Shown here: positions 60,156 to 64,000 of the stretch, one piece after another
Layout of the letters: each line of letters begins with the position of its first letter
How positions within the stretch are numbered: the stretch's first letter is position 1
Source of the DNA: Chamaesiphon sp.
Lineage (GTDB): Bacteria; Cyanobacteriota; Cyanobacteriia; Cyanobacteriales; Chamaesiphonaceae
Direction: 5' to 3'
Assembly: GCA_965246715.1 (NCBI GenBank)
Contig: CBDFFH010000005.1
Location: 32,001-96,000 of the forward strand
DNA length: 64,000 nucleotides
Position numbers and translations under genes: made by a program
The notes under the pieces: model-generated
Seen by the model: only the letters and a program-made list of their open reading frames with translations
Database searches by the model: none
Told to the model about the DNA's origin: nothing

Positions 60156-63100
60156 ATGTCCGATCGTAACGAACAACGCCAAAATGATTATCTAGAGCTA
60201 ATCCAAGCTCTGCTGGAATGTCCCCAAGATGAAGAAGATCGCCTACTTGCAGGCCATCCTAGCTTGATGGATGAGGGGTTGGTGATGGAATTATTGAATG
60301 TGGCTGAGATGCTGGTCAAGCGAAACGATCCAGAAGCAGCTTCCACAATTGAATGGTTAGTGAATTTTGCCGAACATTTAGCGCAAAAATTAGGATTGGA
60401 TCTAGAGAGTGGCAAGGTCGATAGTGAAGAATACGTGAAATTTTCTCTGGAGTTATTACAAGTGGTTGCCATGAATAATGGTGATCGACAGATAGTCGAT
60501 CAATTTTTTAACGAACATTGCACTTACCTTAACGAACATTTATTATTCACCTTGCCTAGAGTAGTGGAGATGATATTGGTGAAGGAAGAAGATCCAGATC
60601 GAAAATTTTTTATCGCATCAACACTGGGAAATTTAGCTATGTGTCTATATGGCTTTCGGAAAGGAAATCGATCGCTGAATCTGGAACTGTCGATCACCTG
60701 TTATGATCGCGCTCTCGTGGAATGTGCCCGCGAGAAATTTTCCATCGAGTGGGCGAAGACACAAACAAATCGGGCGAATGTCTATAGCGATCGAATTAAG
60801 GGCGAGAAAGCGGAGAATATCGAACTGGCAATTGCTGGATATAATGCGGCACTGGAAGTAAGAACCCGTGAGAAATTGCCGATCCAGTGGGCGGCGACGC
60901 AGATGAATTTAGCTGGTGCTTATTGGGATCGAATTAAGGGCGAGAAAGCGGAGAATATCGAACTGGCAATTGCTGGATACAACGCGGCACTGGAAGTATA
61001 TACCCGTAGGCAATTCCCGTTTGAGTGGGCGACAACGCACATGAATCTAGCTGTTGCTTACAGCGATCGAATTAAGGGCGAGAAAGGGGAGAATATCGAA
61101 CTAGCGATCAGTGGTTGTAATGCAGCACTGGAAGTATATACCCGTAGGCAATTCCCGTTTGAGTGGGCGACAACGCACATGAATCTAGCTGTTGCTTACA
61201 GCGATCGAATTAAGGGCGAGAAAGGGGAGAATATCGAATTAGCGATCGGTGGTTGTAATACAGCACTGGAAGTATATACCCGCGCCCAATTCCCGTTCGA
61301 TTGGGCGAAGACGCAAATGATTTTAGCTGTTGCTTACAAGAATCGAATTGAAGGCGAGGAAGGGGAGAATATCGAACTAGCAATCGCTGGTTATGAAGCT
61401 GCATTGGAAGTACATACCCGCGATAAATTCCCGTTCGATTGGGCAATGACTCAATTGAATCGGGCGAATGCTTACCAGAATCGAATTGAAGGCGAGAAAG
61501 GGGAGAATATCGAACTAGCGATCGCTGGTTATAAAGCTGCATTGGAAGTATATACCCGCAATGAATTCCCGATCGAGTGGGCGATGACTACCGAAAACCT
61601 TGCCATTCTGCATACAGGTGAAAATGATGAACTGGCGATCAATCTTTACCATCAGGTTTTAGAAGTATTTACCCCTGCCAATTTACCTATTAATGCCCTC
61701 ACAGCAAGTCGTGGATTAGCAAATATTTATTTCAAACAAGGTGTGTGGCAATCTGCTATGACAGCCTATGAAACCGCCATGCAATCCGTCGAAACCTCCC
61801 GCAGTTGGATCATCAACGAAGACTCCCGCCAACAACTGCTCAAAGATGCCCTCTCAGTCTATGAAAACGCGATCCAGTGTGCCATCAACCTTGGTAACTA
61901 TCCCCAATCCATCCAATACACCGAACGCATCCGCAGCCGCCAACTAGTCGATCTGATGGGCACCAAAGATCTCTATCCCGATGCTGAAATCCCCGCAGAT
62001 ATCCAGCAATACCTAAACGAATACGAACAACTCAACCGCCAAATTCAACACCTGCGCGAACATGGCAGCCCCGACAGCGATGGCACCACCAACTCCACCC
62101 GTACAGCCCGCAGCCTCAGCCGAGACAACACCACAATCCAGGCTCTAGAAGCACAAAAAAGAGCACAGTATCTCAAAATCCGCGCCTTCGATCCTGCTAT
62201 CGCCGGACAAATCGCCGTAGAGCCGATCGACTTTGCCGCCATCCAAAAACTAATTACCACCCCCCACACCGCCATCCTCACCTGCTACACCACCGATGAC
62301 GATACCCACATCTTCATCATCAAGCAGGGACAACAGCCAACGCTACATACCTGTACCAGTCAAGGTTGGAGCGAATTGCAACGCTGGTTACAAACAGAAT
62401 GGGTTAATCCCTACCACAACGACAATTCTATCTGGCAGCAAAACTTACCCACCTTACTCACCGAAATCTCCCACCGCCTCCAACTCGATACCCTAATCGA
62501 ACAACACCTCACCGACATCACCGAACTAATCATCGTCCCCCACCTCAACCTCCACCAAATCCCCTTCGCCGCCCTCCCCATAAATCCCACCCAAACCGAA
62601 GCCAGTAAAAATCCCATCCCCGAAGGCACTAGTGACCAAAATCCCCTCCTCGGAGGGGTGCCCGAAGGGCGGGGTGTGTTACTCGGAGACAAATTCATCA
62701 TCCGCTCCATCCCTAGCTGCCAGATCCTCCACTACTGCCAACAACGCAAACCCATCACCACCAAACACATCGGCACCGTCGAAGATGCTGAAGACAACCT
62801 CCTCGGCGCACGGTATGAAGGCGAACAAATCGCCGCACTCTACAACATCCCCACCGCCAACCGTCTGCGCGGCTCCACGCAAGCCACCGTTGCCAACTAC
62901 CGCGAACTCCTCACCAGAGTCAACCGCCTCCACTCCAGCCATCACGCCATCTCCCGCCCCGACAATCCGATCGAATCCGCCCTCATCCTCGCCAACGGCG
63001 AACGCATCACCCTCGGCGATTTACTCCTGGGCAAACGTTACCGCGATACCCTTGATGAAGTCTTCCTCTCCGCCTGTGAAACCCACGTTGGTACCGCCAC

Positions 63101-63587
63101 TCTCACCGATGATGTAGCCACCCTCACCACTGGCTTCCTCTGCATCGGCGCACGCTCTGTTCAAAGCACCCTCTGGAGTGTTGATGACCTCGTAACCGCC
63201 CTGTTTGATATTTTCTACCACCAGGAGCGAAGAGACGATCGAAGTCGCGCCTTCTCGCTCAGAGCCGCCCAATTCCGACTACGTAATTTCAGCGGTAGTG
63301 AATTTAAACTCAGATTCTACGATGAACTGATCGAACACTTCAACAAAAACAGCCCCGCCATGATTACCGATCTCAAGCAGCAGTGTAAAAAACTCAATGC
63401 TCAACAATCTACTCTGAATAACGATACAGAGGAATGGCAGAAGCTAGCAGAAACGATGAAGAATCTCATTCGGAAAATTAAATCGATCGAGTCTATACCC
63501 GCAGTATTAAATGGCTACTGCGCGACCGATCGACCATTTGCAAAACCTTACTACTGGGCAGCCTTTATCACTCAGGGTATGGCTTAG
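60156..63587 (+). CDS. TPR-repeat CHAT-domain (caspase/HetF-like) protease
   Basis: 46-aa TPR-like repeats; IIVPH..LHQIPFAAL, HSSHHA (His), FLSACET (Cys), TLWSVDD, PYYWAAF. Confidence 0.92.
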   Translation: MSDRNEQRQNDYLELIQALLECPQDEEDRLLAGHPSLMDEGLVMELLNVAEMLVKRNDPEAASTIEWLVNFAEHLAQKLGLDLESGKVDSEEYVKFSLELLQVVAMNNGDRQIVDQFFNEHCTYLNEHLLFTLPRVVEMILVKEEDPDRKFFIASTLGNLAMCLYGFRKGNRSLNLELSITCYDRALVECAREKFSIEWAKTQTNRANVYSDRIKGEKAENIELAIAGYNAALEVRTREKLPIQWAATQMNLAGAYWDRIKGEKAENIELAIAGYNAALEVYTRRQFPFEWATTHMNLAVAYSDRIKGEKGENIELAISGCNAALEVYTRRQFPFEWATTHMNLAVAYSDRIKGEKGENIELAIGGCNTALEVYTRAQFPFDWAKTQMILAVAYKNRIEGEEGENIELAIAGYEAALEVHTRDKFPFDWAMTQLNRANAYQNRIEGEKGENIELAIAGYKAALEVYTRNEFPIEWAMTTENLAILHTGENDELAINLYHQVLEVFTPANLPINALTASRGLANIYFKQGVWQSAMTAYETAMQSVETSRSWIINEDSRQQLLKDALSVYENAIQCAINLGNYPQSIQYTERIRSRQLVDLMGTKDLYPDAEIPADIQQYLNEYEQLNRQIQHLREHGSPDSDGTTNSTRTARSLSRDNTTIQALEAQKRAQYLKIRAFDPAIAGQIAVEPIDFAAIQKLITTPHTAILTCYTTDDDTHIFIIKQGQQPTLHTCTSQGWSELQRWLQTEWVNPYHNDNSIWQQNLPTLLTEISHRLQLDTLIEQHLTDITELIIVPHLNLHQIPFAALPINPTQTEASKNPIPEGTSDQNPLLGGVPEGRGVLLGDKFIIRSIPSCQILHYCQQRKPITTKHIGTVEDAEDNLLGARYEGEQIAALYNIPTANRLRGSTQATVANYRELLTRVNRLHSSHHAISRPDNPIESALILANGERITLGDLLLGKRYRDTLDEVFLSACETHVGTATLTDDVATLTTGFLCIGARSVQSTLWSVDDLVTALFDIFYHQERRDDRSRAFSLRAAQFRLRNFSGSEFKLRFYDELIEHFNKNSPAMITDLKQQCKKLNAQQSTLNNDTEEWQKLAETMKNLIRKIKSIESIPAVLNGYCATDRPFAKPYYWAAFITQGMA
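60750..61577 (+). repeat. Six tandem 138-bp coding repeats
   Basis: GAGAATATCGAA anchor at 60813, 60951, 61089, 61227, 61365 and 61503. Confidence 0.92.
62643..62676 (+). repeat. Small palindromic repeat embedded in frame in the CHAT domain
   Basis: CCCCTCC-tc-GGAGGGG-t-GCCC-gaa-GGGC-GGGGTG, encoding PLLGGVPEGRGV. Confidence 0.65.
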
Positions 63588-63715
63588 AAGATTTTGTCAA
63601 AATTGATGCTCGATCGTGCCAATTTTTCCAGATTGGGAACGATTAAAGATAGAAGGGGGAAAATATTCCCCCACATTTCGTTGTTACTGAAAATCTCTAT
63701 TCATGTCGATCGCCT

Positions 63716-64000
63716 ATGTCACCCGACCTTAATGCCTTGCGCCGATTGGTGCATACAGATTTAGATACTCGATTATTAAATATCTTATCCAAGATATACG
63801 GCTCCGAGCGACGTACAAGACAACGGCAACGTGCTTGTGGTGAATTGTTTCTATTTCTATCCAGCCTTCCTGAATTTCGGGCTAGCTCTACGAAAAATCG
63901 ACAGATTGACTCACTAGCCAATGAAGCTCATAGAAGTGCTGATATTCTCGATAACTTATGGGAGTGGTTCTTTGGTGAGGGAAAAGACGGTATTCCCCGA
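63716..64000 (+). CDS. Partial ORF, possible cyanobacterial sigma-70/HetZ-like factor (runs off the right edge)
   Basis: 95 open codons MSPDLNALRRLVHTDLDTRLLNILSKIYGSERRTRQRQRACGELF...LWEWFF; not in the ORF track. Confidence 0.45.
   Translation, partial: MSPDLNALRRLVHTDLDTRLLNILSKIYGSERRTRQRQRACGELFLFLSSLPEFRASSTKNRQIDSLANEAHRSADILDNLWEWFFGEGKDGIPR

Noticed and set aside
60750..61577. CRISPR array or DGR template/variable repeat pair
   Set aside because: The units are in-frame 138-bp coding repeats without unique spacers; differences are not adenine-specific; no cas or reverse transcriptase gene is in the window
63697..63921. 74-aa minus-strand ORF in the track
   Set aside because: Antisense to a longer plus-strand frame (63716 to the window end) that is co-oriented with the CHAT gene

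Overview
Cyanobacterial chromosomal DNA. The dense CGATCG/TCGATCGA palindromes and the gene content suggest Chamaesiphon (inference). From 1 to about 43.3 kb: a giant RTX Ca2+-binding repeat protein running off the left edge (missed by the ORF track); a hybrid-kinase/response-regulator trio; an outer-membrane barrel + OpgC + DUF3131 + SGNH glycan-type cluster; lysS; yraN; an uninterrupted dnaE with no split intein; udg; a Coq4-family gene; an aldehyde dehydrogenase; arsS with a fused arsenosugar-type glycosyltransferase; several metabolic and regulatory genes; and a triple IS nest (IS1 inside an internally deleted IS4, next to a third IS remnant). From about 44.1 to 64 kb the DNA is accessory. 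It holds a satellite/IME-like element: tyrosine integrase, Xis-like gene, DUF3854-DUF927 primase-helicase with GTGATAC iterons inside its own 3' end, ISKra4, a truncated restriction-modification gene and a long branched hairpin. The element abuts the 3' half of tRNA-Val(GAC), which has arm-type repeats on both sides (attP-like). Beyond it are an orphan higA, a Fic pseudogene, unknown genes, a vWA lipoprotein/PirA-like/membrane trio, Uma2, a TPR-CHAT protease and a partial sigma-like gene. No rRNA, intact tRNA, CRISPR array or reverse transcriptase was seen. All family calls come from motif recognition by eye, without database searches.
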